64,000 bases of DNA from Phoronis australis (Eukaryota > Animalia > Phoronida), in NCBI GenBank assembly GCA_002633005.1, contig NMRA01001032.1, positions 2,899 to 66,898 on the forward strand. Direction: 5' to 3'. Every line of letters begins with the position of its first letter. Position 1 is the stretch's first letter. Positions 61,191 through 64,000 of the stretch are shown here, piece by piece. A program made the translations under genes and the position numbers. Below the pieces are notes generated by a model. It made no database searches. It saw only the letters and a list, made by a program, of their open reading frames with translations, and had not been told where the DNA came from.

Positions 61191-64000
61191 GTAATGTTAT
61201 GGCGATCTATTTTTTGTAGACTGTTCTAAAACAACCGCAATACTTTATTATAGCCAACAAATTCAACAGGTCCAGACTAGGATCGTGTTTATGTGTTTTC
61301 TTGTTCAATACTGTAGTATTCTAAAACACCTTTAAATTCCTTGGGAATCTTCATTCAAGTCTATATAGCCACCATGAATGACCTGTCGATTAATACTCTT
61401 TTGATGCACTGTTTGTTGGTTTAGAAGCAGAACAGAATTCGTTTTTGTCATGCCATGAAACCTTTAAAAGGGGGTTTCTTCTCTTAATCACCACCGAGCT
61501 CGTTCGAGATTGCCAATTTCCGTAAACTTTATCGTGTACGTTACTGAATGTTTTAGAAGTTTGTGGAACGGATTTCCCTCAAAACCGGATCATTGGCTTG
61601 AGGAACAGGATTTTAAGACACTGTATTCATTTTAGAGCCTAAAACCATGGATGTGTATATATCAAAGTTTAGTTACCTTAGTTATCGTCGCATTTGAACG
61701 GTTAGCCTCTGAAATTCTTTTTTACAAACAGTAAACGCCTTGGCCACTTATATTACTGTATAATACTTGGAACTTCACTCGTAACTAAGAAGCACACTTT
61801 TTCATTCGGACCATGAATTCCAGATAAACTGTTATTGTACTTACTGCCCTGGTACTCAATGACGATTACCTTGCTTGAGTCACCAATCCGAGAGGAAATT
61901 TGCCTGCACATCTTGTTAAATGCACGCGCTAATGCGAAACTAGAACGGGGTAAAAACTTAAAAAATAACCAGTTGTACACTGCATTAGCTTTGCCAGATA
62001 ACGTAAGTCATTTAACAAAACTGGAAACATATAGTTTGAGTCATTTTGCTTGGTTGATTGAGATGAGTATGAAGTTGTAATACTTACTAGTTCGTTCAGG
62101 CTACCTCAAGCAAGCGTTCGTCAATTATTAAGACAAACACTCGCAGATATGACATTTTAAGACTTTCGAGTTTGTTAATTTAATAAAAAATCTTAAGGGA
62201 AGTAGTTTGAACGATATGAACGGGAGATGCTACAAAGACGACTGCCAAGACGCCAGATCCTCAAAGTTTGTTGGGCTTTCTAAACAACTTATTCCAAAAT
62301 ATGGTTTACGCCGAAAATGCGTCGCACAAACTTGCATTTATGCATGTGCACGATAATTTCGTGTTCAAACTGGCGACAGTTAGAGGAATTGGTCTAAATT
62401 CGCCACCGGATATCACATTAACGTTTAAGTGGTGTCCCTTCGCGCACGTGCCGTTAACAGGCAGCTTAGTGAAACTTGCAAGGGACTATGATTAATATAT
62501 AATGATCGTTTTAAATTGCAGTGACATTAAATAAATTTCAAGTGACGAGGCTGTACGTGTTCGGTCATGCTACGAACAAACCTCCATGGAAATCAAAATA
62601 TCCTATTCAGTGGTCCAAATCAACAGGGAATCAATTACCCAGGCTTTCTAACGGAGTCAGACATGGAGAAACATCCAGACAATTCGGCACTCATCCAACT
62701 CGACCATTTTGACGTTGTCGTACCAGAAGGAATTTTGTCCCCTGCCGTCCTTCTTCTAGATAAATTCTGGACACGTGCCTGCCTTTTGAGGCTGATTGCG
62801 TTTTCAGTTAAAACAACGCAAACACATCCTCTGGATGTAGTGGCAAGGTACTACAAAGTAAGGGTGGTTGTGTTACGTCTGCCTCGGCTATCACCCTGGC
62901 TCATCTGACTAAAACTAAGTCCAGCACATATACCAAAAACAATATGGCTCCAGGAATAATCAGTAAAACATGTTTGTTCATTCTCTATACCTGTACTTAA
63001 ACCACGTCTACTTGTCGTGTCGGAGGAGGAAGCGGAAATCGTAATCTACAGTGTAACACCTGCAACAGAGGGCCGCGGATGGAGTGCAGTTAGCGAAGAC
63101 GGGATGACACAATTTTCTATACAGTAGCTCCAAGTAATTACAACCCAGAGTATAAATTCCCAAGGTTTCACCCTTTTTTCTAAGTTTTTGGAGCCGTCGT
63201 ATTCCCCTGCTTACAGCCCCATGGCAGTAGAGCGTCACCTATTGGCTCATTTCTTTCTTTGTCAGTTTCCCAATCAACTTTTCTGCTTCCACAACCTAGT
63301 TCATTTTGAAAACTGCTGTGCCAGCATTTAAAAAATAAGTGCAGGCGGTGTGGTATACGTTGTACCAGACTTGGCCAGACCGCGCACGTGGGTCCATTGC
63401 ACTGATCACCTGGAACCGGAGCTGAGTTGCTAGAAACATGTATCAATTGTCTAGCAGTGTGGCCCAGCGAGACTCGAATCCACGACCTCAAGTAAAGAAA
63501 GCGGGCACCTACATGTATCACACTTGGCCACACTGACTCACTGTACCAGCATTTTGGTGATTTATGCCTATGAAATCCTAGTTATACAGAAGTTAGCTTT
63601 CTCACTCGAGTAATCCTCATAATATTGAACACTTTATTTTCTACGGCATAGTATAATTTGCGGAAAATTGTAACCAGTGCTCTGCGTGTCTTGTCGCTGT
63701 GGCAATTACAAGTCACATTAATGACTCAGCTCGAGTAATACGTCTGGAAAATTTAGAACCTTTCATGTGACTAGTGCACAATAGCAGAACTATACAAGAA
63801 AACAAAAATGTGCATCATGCTGAATCAAAGATGTTTAACTGTTGGCACAGTAGAATAGAAATTGTATAAAAATATTTTCAATAAAATTAGACATAAACTG
63901 TAGCATCTTTCACTTTCCGGTGAATTATTGGGGACAAATAAAACAACAAGAATAATAAATATTTTAAGTTGTATTGGCGATTTCAGGGTCACAGCTCTAC

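Noticed and set aside
61191-64000. Search for copy 2 exon 9 or 10; short ORFs at 62500-63500
   Set aside because: No homology to copy 1 exons 9-10 seen; the ORFs lack recognisable motifs.

Overview
Eukaryotic, AT-rich, intron- and transposon-rich DNA, most likely from an invertebrate animal; the species cannot be told from sequence alone. The main content is a tandem pair of + strand paralogous genes. Copy 1 is complete (13 coding exons, 3780-27345, 3231 nt = 1076 aa by my exon assembly). It encodes an unusual multidomain protein: signal peptide, GMC (glucose-methanol-choline) FAD oxidoreductase, one degenerate plus one clearer SRPBCC/START (PYR/PYL, polyketide-cyclase-like) domain, a PNKP-type HAD phosphatase domain, and a C-terminal HTEL ER-retrieval motif. 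Copy 2 (46029 to at least 61190, exons 1-8) runs off the window. Introns and the spacer hold a full-length decayed Ty1/copia element, four LINE fragments (CR1/L2-like, RTE-X-like, HERO/RLE-type, RNase H-bearing), an Academ-like DNA transposon, a Polinton/adintovirus capsid-protease relic, MITEs, micro/minisatellites, a 757-N gap and a probable assembly duplication. All domain calls are by eye from motifs; no search was run.
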